This document shows, piece after piece, positions 36,507 to 48,084 of a stretch of DNA of 55,046 bases. The notes under the pieces are model-generated. The model was not told where the DNA came from and ran no database searches. It was given only the letters and a program-made list of their open reading frames with translations. Made by a program: the position numbers and the translations under genes. The stretch is from Octopus bimaculoides (lineage: Eukaryota): NCBI RefSeq assembly GCF_001194135.2, contig NC_069000.1, positions 27,861,500 to 27,916,545 on the forward strand. The letters are read 5' to 3'. The first letter of the stretch is position 1; each line of letters starts with the position of its first letter.

Positions 36507-38225
36507 GAGACAGCAGAACAGAGATGGCAGCAAAGAGCCGGGCATACTAACAAGGGATGAGAATCAGAATATAAATGGGATGGTCAAGCAAAGGTAGAGA
36601 GAGATATGCCCTGGCACTGCCAGGGTATACCCTTGATGTTCGAAGGTCATAATATAAGTGGCAGGATATTGCCAAAGAAGTGTGATTAGAGAGTGGGGAG
36701 GGGAAATGAGTGTTGAAAACCTGGGTATATAAAGGGGAAGGGAGGCTATGATACATAGAAACAGGGCCATGAGGACAGGATTGGGGAGTGAGAGGTAGGC
36801 ATAATGCACGAAGGAGGAAATGTGAGGTAGAGATGTAGATTGGTTTGTTGAGGTAGGGTGTGTGAGAAGTTTTTGTTACGTGTAGGTGGAGCAAACACTG
36901 CTTCTAGAACTCAGTTTCGCTGACATGGGCAGCTCTTCTCAAAAACCTCATATTGCTAGACATCTCGGTCCATTGTCATTTCCTCAGTGAGGCCCAACAT
37001 CCTGAGATTGGTCCTTACCACTTCATCCCACATCTTCCTGGGTCTCCCTCTTCCATGGGCACCATCCACTTTCAGTGATCAGCACTTCTTTATGCAGCTG
37101 TCCTCATTCATATGCATCACATGTCCAAACCAATGTAGTCTTCTCTCTTTCATACTACATTTGATTCCTCTTATGCCCAACTTTTCTCTCAATACATGTG
37201 CACTTTGTTGTACATGTGCACTGATGTTGCACATTCAAGGGGGAATACTGCCTTCATTTTTCTGCAGTTTACATGTCTTCTGCATTCAGAGCCCATGTCT
37301 CATTACCATGGAGTATAGCCGTTCGCATGCAAGCATCATTCAGTCTACCTTTCACTGAGAGAGAGTCTTCCTCCACCTTATTCTTATTCTAGAAACAATA
37401 CTTTCAGAGCATCCTCCACCATTACTAATTTGATCACCTAAGTAACAGAAACTATCTACAACCTCAAGCAAGCCTCCTGGGCATTTGAGAGAATCTAAAT
37501 CCCATGTGCTCTTAGTTCTAGAAGCACTGTGTGTCCCTCACACATAATAAAAACTTTTCACACAACCTACCTCAACAAACCAATCTACATCTCTACATCT
37601 GCCACATACAAAGACAACTTTATCTGTCAATCTATCTGTGATTCCACTGCACCTCTTATGTGTCCATAGTTTACAAAGTGCAGTGAATGGAATTTCTTCC
37701 AACTCCTTTCCTACATGGCCCTAAGCACTTTCAGAGACGGAATTAGAGTTTTATGTTCTTTCTTACTAACAACAACTTCGGTCTTTGCTAGGTTAACTTA
37801 AAGGCTCTTTGATTCCAGGTTCTGTTTCTATACCTGGAATTTTTTCTCCAATTCTGTTAAAGATTCTGCAATAAGAGCAAGGTCATCAGCATGTAGCAGT
37901 TCCTATGACCATCCAGTTTTGAATTCCTCTGTTATGGCCTGGAGGATGATAATGAAATAGAATGGGCTGAGAACTGTGCCCTGGTGAATCCCTACTTGTA
38001 CACTAAATTCATCACTGTATTTGTGGCCGACTCTCACCTTACTGACAGCAGTACTGTACATAGCTTGTACAGTTCTAACAAACCACTCCTCTACTCCTAA
38101 CTTCCTTAGAAGTTGTAACAGAGCAGGAAACTCTGTCAAAAGCTTTCTCCAGGTCAACAAACGCTAAGTACAATGGCTTACTTTTGGCCAAGTACTTTTC
38201 CTGCAGCTTACACATATTTTTCTCC
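35938..38225 (-). mobile_element. Older RTE subfamily copy with long purine-rich 3' UTR containing (GA)n
   Basis: (GAT)n tail and LRKLGVEEWFVRTVQAMYS...VQVGIHQGTVLSP...YMLMTLL (decayed YADDL). Confidence 0.85.
36451..36503. repeat. (GA)n microsatellite
   Basis: Direct reading of the sequence. Confidence 0.95.
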
Positions 38226-38490
38226 GATTCCTTTTAGCCTTTCAAAAATTGTGTTGATGTTTATCAGGATATGAATACAGGGATAGTGGCTGAGATACTG
38301 GAAATGTCCTATGAAGTTAGGTTCAATTATTACGTATCATTTTGTTCAATGCAAAAAGAGAAGCAGACATCTTAAAGTGGTGGTGTTAACATATTGGTTG
38401 TAAAAATCCTGCAAGGAACCAGTTCAATGTAATTTCATAGTACAGTGAGTACAAGAAGATGGCATCTGTGGTACTCTCCCCATTTGTCAA

Positions 38491-38668
38491 ACATTCTGTG
38501 ACCTCTTCAATGACTGTCTGTTCTTTGTGTTTCCTTTACTCTCTGGTCTTAACTACTCTATTCCATCTTGTCTTTCTCTGGTATACCACAGGAAGATGGA
38601 ACAGAGAGGACAATACCAGAGAGAAGAGATACAAAGAATAATTAGATATTGAAGAGGTCACAGAATGT
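38491..38668. repeat. Imperfect palindrome of about 180 bp (foldback) in a zinc-finger gene intron
   Basis: Outer 21 bp are perfectly inverted (ACATTCTGTGACCTCTTCAAT, 38491-38511 / 38648-38668). Arms align to a central TGGTA|TACCA at 38579-38588. Confidence 0.8.
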
Positions 38669-38799
38669 AAAGAACTGATGAATAACTAATAATAATAAAG
38701 TGAAGATCAAAGCATATTTATCAGCCAAATGACCATCCCCAAATATAGCAATATCTGTTTCAACACATGATTTCACATCAAGAATCTTGCAAAACAAAT

Positions 38800-39050
38800 A
38801 CATAAACTTGATTATTGTAACCACCCTGTCTAAACGGGAACAACATGCAACTAGAATCCTCAATGTCTCTAAAAATGCTTAGACTCACCATCACTGAAGA
38901 TGTCTCCTGGTGAACACAGGTCTTCAACTTGGTAAAGATCACATCAAAGAGAGTAGCTTTCCTCTTTAGGAGGAACAGAAAATACTGTGGCCTTAAACAA
39001 CAACTGTGAAACCTGCAATGGAGTACTGCTCTCATTTCAGGGTCAGTGCT
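38800..39050 (+). mobile_element. Degenerate CR1/Jockey-group LINE fragment
   Basis: Decayed LTITEDVSW...KRVAFL...KPAMEYCSH, comparable to RPxLEYCS. Confidence 0.55.
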
Positions 39051-39290
39051 ACAGTTGCATACATAAACATCTTAGACCACATGCAAAAGAAGTTCACTCA
39101 ACTTATTGGCATGAAGTTACATTTATTCTTCAACACACACACACACACATACAAATGTACTGAAAAAAGATAATCAGAACTTCAGCTTGTATCCTGCTTA
39201 ACTAAATATATCTTAAAGATGATGGAACCTCTATCATCAATATGATAATATGATTTCTGAAGTCATTAATAGGTATGTGACTGTGTATAT

Positions 39291-40985
39291 CATCATAATT
39301 ATCATCAACATCAATTAACATCCATGGGTTGGACCGTCTGTCAGGAAATGTTGGCTCCAAGGATTGCATCACATTCCACTGGCTTCCTTGGTATGGTACC
39401 TACAGCTGAATGTCTTTCCTAATGCCAACCACTTTACGAGTGTAGTGGGTGCTCTCTTTGTGTTACCATGCAGCTCACAAAAACTGTGAACCCTGAGGAA
39501 AAAAGTTGCAGCTTGATGCTAGAGGATGATGGGATAAAGTATGAGATGGTGGTGAATGGGGTGGGTGGGGGTCAGAGCAGGTTCTGCTAGAGAAGCTGCA
39601 TGCCTAATCGCATTTAAAAGAGGGAGAGAATGGTCAGTAGGAGCTGCAAAGAGATAAACGATGGAGATGAGGTGTGCAGGTAGCCCCTGAAGGTACAAGG
39701 GGAGAAGTGGGCAGTTGAGGTTGCAAGATTATATGAGGAGCAGGATATGGAGGAAGGGGAGGCAGGCTGCAGCTGTAATGATTGGGTAGGGTTGAAGGGT
39801 GGATGACTAATGAGTTGGGAGAAGAGAGAAGGATGCAGAGGAAAACGAGTGGAGACCAGCAGGGTAGTGACGATATAGCTGACAGAAGAAAGACAAGAAA
39901 GAAATGATGTGTGGTTGGGTAAGCTACAGGAGTGGGTGGAAGAGAGAGAGAGAGAGGCAGGTGTAGTGCATGATGTGAGATAATTTAAGGGTGGGGTAAT
40001 TAATCAATGTAATGTTTGAGGGGAGAGAACAATATTAATGGATGAAGAATAACTAAGAAGTAAAATGGTAGCTGGGAAAATAAAGTGGTTGAGCTGCATT
40101 GAGAGAGTGTCGGGTAGAAGGGAGGATGATATGAGGGGGAGATGCCTATTTCTGCATATATATATGTATATGTACAGAGTGTTTGAAGTGGTGTACAGAT
40201 ATTGTATATTGAGAAAAAGTAGGCAGTCAGAATTTTGGATAATCCTTTATGACTGCTTTCGTTCATTTACGAACTCGTCAAGATAAAATCAAAATTATTT
40301 TGATTTTGTCTTGAGTTCATAAATGAATGAAAGCGCTAAAATAAGAATTATCCAAAATTCTGACTGCTTCCTTTTCCTCTCTCTCCCTCTCTATATATAT
40401 ATACACACAGTTCTTCCAAAACTTAGTTACTCTGAGGTGGGCAGGTCTTCTCAAAAACCTCATATCACCAAGCATCCCAATCCTTTGTCATCTCCTCTGT
40501 GAGGCTCATGGTCCTGAGGTCAGCCTTCACCACTTCTTCCCATATCTCTCTCTTCCATGAACTCTAACATTACATGATCATCACTTCTTTGTACACCTGT
40601 CCCCATTTGCACACATCAAATGTCCATACTAGTGCAATCTTCTTTCTTGTGCACTCCATCTGATTCTGTTTATGCCCAGTTTTCCTTTCAGCACATTCTA
40701 TGTCATTTGAAAACATCCAATAGAGCATGCTTGCTTCATTTCTTTTTAATCTTTTCAAGTCCTCTGTGTTCAAAGCCCATGTCTCACTACCATGCAATAT
40801 TGCAATTCTAACACAAACAGCATAAATCTACCCTTCACTCTGAGGGGAAAGACCGTTGTTACCAACAGTGGTAGTAGCTCCCTGAACTTTCTTCAACCTG
40901 TTCTTACTCAGGTAACTAAACTTTTAGAGCAACCACTTTTTCTTGCTAATTACATCTCCTAGATAACAAAAGCTATTAACTATTT
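39291..40985 (-). mobile_element. Older RTE subfamily copy, 3' part
   Basis: HGSETWALNTEDLKRLKRNEASML, GA-rich UTR and a decayed tail. Confidence 0.78.
40211..40379. repeat. Hairpin of about 170 bp (MITE-like) inside an RTE UTR
   Basis: GCAGTCAGAATTTTGGATAAT ... ATTATCCAAAATTCTGACTGC, with arms pairing to a centre near 40296. Confidence 0.8.
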
Positions 40986-41620
40986 CTAGTGAGCTATTTG
41001 GGCAATGAAGAGAGTCTATTTACTATGTTCATAGTATGTATTGATTTAGAGCATCTATCATGTACAAAGCTTATGTTCTCTGCTAGTCTGCCTGCAATTC
41101 CACTACATGTCTTGGGTGCCCATAGCTTATATTGGACAAAATGTAGGGATCTTACACCTACACAGACACATATTCTCTGTAAATAATTCTCAAGCTGAAT
41201 CCCTGTGGCAGCATGCAACAAGGCTGGACCTTTGAATTACTGGAACAATTTATCTATCCAGTTCGACTCACAAAGCTTGGAATGGCTCAAGCCAGTAGTA
41301 AAGTCACTTGCCCAAGATACTGCACAAGCAAATTTCTTTAATTTAAAACTGTCATATCTTCATCCATATATATCTAAATATACAACTACATTTTTAAGTA
41401 AACCATTCAGGCTTCCTAGCCTTACTGTCCAATTTTTATTACACACACACTCCAGTCTATGAAATTCTTGTTAATATTTCAAATAATTTTAAAAGACTAC
41501 GTCTTACCCATATGTATTAATTCAGCTTTTCTGCTAAAAACTTTCAAACTTTATGTACTCACAAACAATTCAAAAATTCATCACCAGTATATTAATACTT
41601 CTTAGCAGAGTACAGAGGTT

Positions 41621-42077
41621 GGATCTATTTTAAAACGGGGGCCACATTTTTCATTAATGTTTTACGTAGTGTTTTTGGTACGGAAAGACTTTCAAACTTC
41701 GTATACTTATCTATTTTGTGTTATAGAACAGAAAAATATTTTTGTATTCGAATTTATTTCATGTAAAAAATTGTCTTATTTCGATAATTTCAACCAATCA
41801 CTGACAAGTNNNNNNNNNNGGTTAGGGTTAGGGTTAATTGTTTCAGAATCGTTTGTTTATGTAGTCGGCACTTAATGTATATCGGCTGAATGGACGTCAG
41901 TGATTGGTTGAAATTACAGAAATACGACAACTTTAACATGGAATAACTTAGGGATTTCTTTTTTTTTTTTAAGAAGACTAAGAGAAAAAGATGTTTTATA
42001 TGACACATTCTACCAGTGTTCCAAGTTTCAAAGTGTTTCGTTAATGAAAAATGTGGCCCCCGTTTTAAAAAAGATCT
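41621..42077. mobile_element. MITE B (Merlin-like), copy 2, in a zinc-finger gene intron
   Basis: Same TIR and internal sequence as 941-1570. Different 8-bp TSD CAGAGGTT (41613-41620 / 42078-42085). GGTTAGGGTTAGGGTTAA follows a 10-N gap. Confidence 0.92.
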
Positions 42078-42387
42078 CAGAGGTTTTTTATAATTGGACT
42101 CCTTTCCAAATAACAATCACTCAACAGGACAGTAATAGCAGTAGATAATTTTTCTAAGGAAGTAGACTGAAGCAAGCAGTGATGTTTCTATTATGTGACA
42201 CTATAAATTGCTACTAGCAGAGTTTTTACACTCAATCATTCTTATGTCAAAGAGCCAAACATCTCAAGCAATCACCACCATATACTTACTACACGATCTA
42301 CTTAATACATAACCTGAATTTTGTTTGTCAATCACACTGATCAATAACCATAAATTGTTACAAAATTTACAAAATGGAAAATCTTAC

Positions 42388-43261
42388 CAATAAGAGAAGC
42401 TAAATATTGAACCTCAACACCACATATTTCACAAGTATAGGCACCATTTGAAGACTGGAAGTTGGTTTTCTTCTTTTTATATTCAATCTGTGGCTGTATT
42501 GTGGCTTTAACTTCTTTAGAGATGATATCTAAGGCCTCAATACAAACAGGGTCACCAAGGTTAGTTTGTCCAGTGCTGATCAATCGAGCAGGGCCATGAC
42601 CGTCAGGTAACTCTAAATCAAAGTACAAGTCCGTCTTGTCTTTTCGTATACGAATTCGCTTGCTCTTCCGCAACACTGAATTATTGTTTTCATTTTTGCC
42701 ATCTAATTTAGTTTCATTCTTACCATCCAGCTTTGATTCAATGTCAATCACTTTCTCACATTCTAATTTTACGTCATCATTTTTTTTAGCTGAAGGTTGT
42801 TTAAATTTTTTGGGATATGAAACATTTTTTTTTGCACAAAGTCGTGCCATATCAATAGGAGGAGGTAGTTTTATGGTCTGTTTTTCACCTGTACCATCAC
42901 AGGTGACAATGTCAATATTCGGGTAACAAAATATTGTTTCTGTTACCTCATCTTCTTCATTCGAAGATATACCATTTCCTTCTGTCAACAACTTTGATGT
43001 CTGATCAGAGTATGTTACCCGTAATCTATCAGCCAAGACCATCAAGCTGGATGCATCATTTTCATTACTTGTGGCTTCTGTTAAGGAAGTCACTACTTCT
43101 TCTACTGGCTGCAACTCAACTTCTCGCAGATCTTCATCAGAGGGAGTTGGCTGATCAGAAGGACTAAATTTTATAGCAACTGAAAGAACTTTCCACAACT
43201 GAACAGCTTCTTGTTTTAAACAATCTGGCATGGTGTTAAAAAGATATATGGCCTCTTTTAA
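42388..43261 (-). CDS. C2H2 zinc-finger protein, exon A (acidic/basic N-terminal region and start of finger 1)
   Basis: Open frame LKEAIYLFNTMPDCLKQ...YTCEICGVEVQYLASLI. Acceptor TTTTTAG at 43262, donor G|GTAAGA at 42387 (phase 1). Basic NLS-like patch LRKSKRIRIRKDK. Whether Met 43231 is the start is unresolved. Confidence 0.88.
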
Positions 43262-45650
43262 CTAAAAATAGAAAAAATATGTAAATTTACTTTATTATAA
43301 AATGTAATATATATATATCCACACACCCAAAATAGATATTTAAAAAAAATGTACTTATTTTATAAATGTCTGTTTATTGAATGGCTGTATTACTTTTCTG
43401 ATGTATCAGCCTATTCTGACATAAACACATATAAGATGTGCATCTGCAGTTTCCATCCACCAAATTCCATTCATAAGATTTTAGTTGGCCCATGGTACCT
43501 ATGGTATTATACACTTATTCATCCAAGGTGTTATGCAGTGAGACTGAACCTATAGCTATGAATTTATGAAGAAAACTTAACTCCATTGTTAAACTCAAGT
43601 CTAATGCTAAAATTTTTAAGTAAAGATTATCTGAAATGAAACTGCGTGACAAATACCAAGAACAAATAAGACAATAAACGCCTTATAATATAGTGTGTAG
43701 AACTGGAGGTTTAAGTATTGGTGACTCAGTATTAACAAACTTAACTACTTTCATCATCCAACAGATGTATTCTCGTATTGAAATAACTCTCAAATCTATG
43801 TAATGCAAATTCACACATGATGACTGATAAGTGATGACAAGTCAAGGTACCATAGAGAGCAAAGGAAAATTTGGAATGAGATAGGAAAAATCTGAGAGGA
43901 TATAAAGTGAGAGAGTACTTTTGATGACAGATGCTGTACATTGGGCTCCTTCATTTTTCTCTATACATGCTTAGTGAAATCTTGCTAAGTTGCAAAAATT
44001 CTGTCTTAAAAATTTTTAATTTTAAAAAAAAAGAGAGATGATTACTGATAGTGAATAGTTTTTGGTTTGTAAATATTAATAACAAATGGCAAAGTGACCA
44101 CCATCTTCAAAATCAAACATCAATCTAAAATGTTTACATGCATGAGTGAACAATCCCTAAACATCTGCTGATACATTTCTGTGTGAATATGTATCTCTAT
44201 AGTTTTGATGCTAACACATGAGAATGAAGAGTCTCTAATCACCTTCCATGATCATAAGTATATGAATGAACTCTATGCCATGTACTTGCTAACTCTAATA
44301 TTTGGATGTATTAAAATAAGTACCAGGTGAATACTGGGGTTGATTTAATTGATTTAGCTTCTCCCTCCAAATTGTGTCAAAATTTGAAACTAATATTTGG
44401 ATGTATTCTTTTATTGGTTTCAATTAATAGACTGTGGCAATGTTTGGGCACTGTCTTCAGGAGTGTTAATCATAATGGCCCCAGTACTGACTTTAGACTG
44501 GCATTTATTCTATAAATCTCTATTTGTTAAACCACAAGTTACAGGTTACAGAATTAACATCAGTTTTCAGAATAGTGCAAACACAGACACACACACACAA
44601 CAGGCTTCTGCCTAGATTCTATCATCTAAATGGAATTTAGATGATAAATGGAATTGCACAACATGTGCAGCATCTTGGACAGGTGTTGTCTACTATGGCC
44701 TTGGGTGACCTCATAAAGCGAAACTTTTAACCATACACACATAACTGCACACATATCTTTTATCTTTTACTTGCTTCAGTCATTACACTAACCCATGCAA
44801 GCAAAGAAAAGTACACATTAAAACAAAGATTATGATAATCTCCTTATTCTATTCACATGTGTTGGAATTAAGAAATTGTGATGTTAAAAATAAATAGGAC
44901 ATGTAAAAGTATAAATTTTCTACCCTATTGAAGTAATCACTATTTCTATGGATTGTGTGAATTAATCCCCACCACTTTCTTCAAAACTAAAAATGCAACT
45001 TTTTGTATCTTGTCATAGTTGTTTAGTCTCAGGTCAATTTTTGCTTGAGCAAAAATATGATCAAAAATGTATAAGCTGTGACCATCCCATTCTTGTGCTT
45101 ATTATTAGGGATTATATTACCCAATGTGCCCTTTCTTTTTAAAGAGAGTCAGGTATAGTTTCATGATCTGATTGCTATTTTTAGCAGATCAAATGATTGC
45201 ACAGAACAGTGGTTCCAGAGATTTTTGAACTGTCACCCCCTTGGCACCCAGGCCACATTCCTAGTGCAAAATTCACAGCACCACATATTCAAAACAACTG
45301 TATTTCAGAAATAAAACTAAACCTAGTTAGCCCATTAATTTGCTGCTTTTACAATATGAAAGAGTAAATTTATATCTTAACTGTAACAATACTTTTTGTA
45401 TATTTTTACTGTAATCGAGGTACATTATACAGGAATATCAGCTTTTTGACATCAAATTGAAAAGTACTAAGTAGTAGTCTTAGATCCCCACATTCAGTAA
45501 TATGTATTTTTCAAGAAAAAATTATGTACTTCCACCTCTTCATTTTAATCTTCACAATTAAAATCCTGCAGCAGAAAAAAAAAAAAAAGACAGAGAAATT
45601 CAGATTTATGCATGATACCTTTTCCAAATTTTTTTCTATAAAATGAATTC

Positions 45651-45812
45651 ATAGGCACAGATGCAGCTGTGTGGTAAGAAGCTTGCTTCCCAACCACATG
45701 GTTCTGGATTCAATCCCACTGCATGATCCCTTGGGCAAGTGTGTCTTACTATAGCCTTGGGCCAACCAAAGCCTTGTCAGTGGATTTGGTAAATGGAAAC
45801 TAAAATAAATCT

Positions 45813-45815
<3 letters not shown>
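45651..45815 (+). mobile_element. tRNA-derived SINE family 2
   Basis: ATAGGCACAGATGCAGCTGTGTGGTAAGAAGCTTGC head and CCTTGGGCAAGTGTG core, followed by (TA)n. Confidence 0.88.
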
Positions 45816-45855
<40 letters not shown>

Positions 45856-46344
45856 TGAGTTTGGAGGGATATATTATCTGGGCGGATACTGTGGTGGCTC
45901 TCAGTTAAGGGCTAACCACATCAATTAGTATTTAACGTCTATGACTACTATAATTATAAAGATATAGAATACAGAGACTTGTTCATCCTCAAAATTTATT
46001 TCCTCTTATTTTACAATTTTGTACAGCATATTTTTATGGTTATTACAACCTACACGTGTTTCCACTGCACAAAGTATGGGCAGTTATACATGCAACTGGG
46101 CATGATTTTCTTCAAGGTCTGTCCATTTGGCTAGTTTTGAAGCAAACTGAATACAGTTGGTTGTTTGTTAGTTAGGGATCAGGAAGTGGTTGCTTTGAAA
46201 CTGAAATCTGATCTATCTGTAAGCTCGTGAAGTTGACCTCAGTTTCACACTGGTTGCTATCTGAAGTCAGGATTCTATCTAACTAGGTCAAGGTTGATGT
46301 TACTGTTTTGGTAGGCCTCTTTGTGTATTGTAGTAGTATATGTC

Positions 46345-46580
46345 TATGTGTGTGTGTCTTTATGTCAGTGTTTATTCACCACCACTGTTTGACAACTGGT
46401 GTTGGTGTGTTTACATCTCTGTAACTTAGCAGTTTGGCAAAAGAGACAAAAAGAACAAGTACCAAGCTTTAAAAATAAATAAGTCCTGGGGTCAATTTGT
46501 TCAACTAAAAAACCCTTCAAAAGTGGTGTCCCAGCATGGCTACAGTCGAATGACTGAAACAAATAAAAGATAAAAGATAT
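46345..46580 (+). mobile_element. SINE-type interspersed repeat, same family as 10850-11050
   Basis: Direct sequence similarity to 10850-11050. Confidence 0.7.
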
Positions 46581-46664
46581 ATACATAATGCTTAAGCAAA
46601 ATATATGTAATATATATATATGTATATATATAAGTATTCATATATGTGTGAATGTGTGTATGTA

Positions 46665-46999
46665 TAATAGCCTGGGCAAAGTTTAGAGAGCTCTTACCCC
46701 TGCTGGCGACAAAGGGACTCTCACTCAGAGTAAAAGGCAGACTGTATGACGCATGCGTACGAACAGCCATGCTACATGGCAGTGAAACATGGGCTGTAAC
46801 TGCTGAGGACATACGTAAGCTCGCAAGGAATGAAGCCAGTATGCTCCGTTGGATGTGTAATGTCAATGTGAATACCCGTCAGAGTGTAAGTATCTTGAGA
46901 GAAAAGCTGAACATTAGAAGCATCAGTTGTGGTGTGCAAGAGAGACGATTGCGCTGGTATGGACATGTGGTGAGAATGGATGAGGATAGCTGCGTGAAA
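46665..46999 (+). mobile_element. RTE LINE 3' ORF fragment running into an N gap
   Basis: IAWAKFRELLPLLATKGLSLRVKGRLYDACVRTAMLHGSETWAVT...RLRWYGHV. Confidence 0.92.
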
Positions 47000-47610
47000 N
47001 NNNNNNNNNNNNNNNNNNNNNNNNNNNNNNNNNNNNNNNNNNNNNNNNNNNNNNNNNNNNNNNNNNNNNNNNNNNNNNNNNNNNNNNNNNNNNNNNNNNN
47101 NNNNNNNNNNNNNNNNNNNNNNNNNNNNNNNNNNNNNNNNNNNNNNNNNNNNNNNNNNNNNNNNNNNNNNNNNNNNNNNNNNNNNNNNNNNNNNNNNNNN
47201 NNNNNNNNNNNNNNNNNNNNNNNNNNNNNNNNNNNNNNNNNNNNNNNNNNNNNNNNNNNNNNNNNNNNNNNNNNNNNNNNNNNNNNNNNNNNNNNNNNNN
47301 NNNNNNNNNNNNNNNNNNNNNNNNNNNNNNNNNNNNNNNNNNNNNNNNNNNNNNNNNNNNNNNNNNNNNNNNNNNNNNNNNNNNNNNNNNNNNNNNNNNN
47401 NNNNNNNNNNNNNNNNNNNNNNNNNNNNNNNNNNNNNNNNNNNNNNNNNNNNNNNNNNNNNNNNNNNNNNNNNNNNNNNNNNNNNNNNNNNNNNNNNNNN
47501 NNNNNNNNNNNNNNNNNNNNNNNNNNNNNNNNNNNNNNNNNNNNNNNNNNNNNNNNNNNNNNNNNNNNNNNNNNNNNNNNNNNNNNNNNNNNNNNNNNNN
47601 NNNNNNNNNN

Positions 47611-47661
<51 letters not shown>

Positions 47662-48039
47662 CACATACATGTAACCCACTGCATCTCCTGCTCTCTCTGT
47701 CTTTCTCTGTATATTGGTCAAACAGGCCAGTGCTTACCCAACTGGTTTGCCTAACACCTCCAGAACATCAGACTCAGCAATGATACTCCAGTCATTCTTC
47801 TCAACCGGTGAATCGCTACATCTGTCTGTTTTCAGACTGGCCTTGAACAGAGGCCACCCACCTGGATTCCCGCCTCTCATGAGAGCAGGAATCTATTTTC
47901 TCTCTTCATTCCTCAGTTCCTCATAGTCTCAATTCATCACCTCTCTTCATCTGAAGCCACCCCCACACACATTTACACACACCCATTTTCCACTACCCCT
48001 CCTCCTTTACCTCCCATACACCTATCGTTAGAGGGGGCA

Positions 48040-48084
48040 TGGCCACCCTCTGGACCTTTCTATCACCCACTTTGAGAACCACTG
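48040..48084 (-). mobile_element. hAT-type terminal inverted repeat remnant
   Basis: Minus strand reads CAGTGGTTCTCAAAGTGGG, a typical hAT MITE terminus. A similar CAGTGGTTCC start occurs at 45207. No partner TIR was found. Confidence 0.4.

Noticed and set aside
22014-43261. Assigning a gene symbol (ZBTB24, ZBTB49, MYNN) to the zinc-finger gene
   Set aside because: Only scattered helix similarities from memory, no BTB domain visible, and the CX4C finger does not fit those proteins.
47730-47900. Possible extra minus-strand exon ending at GG|GTAAGC
   Set aside because: The upstream sequence is purine-rich with no polypyrimidine tract or credible acceptor, and the peptide has no recognisable motif.
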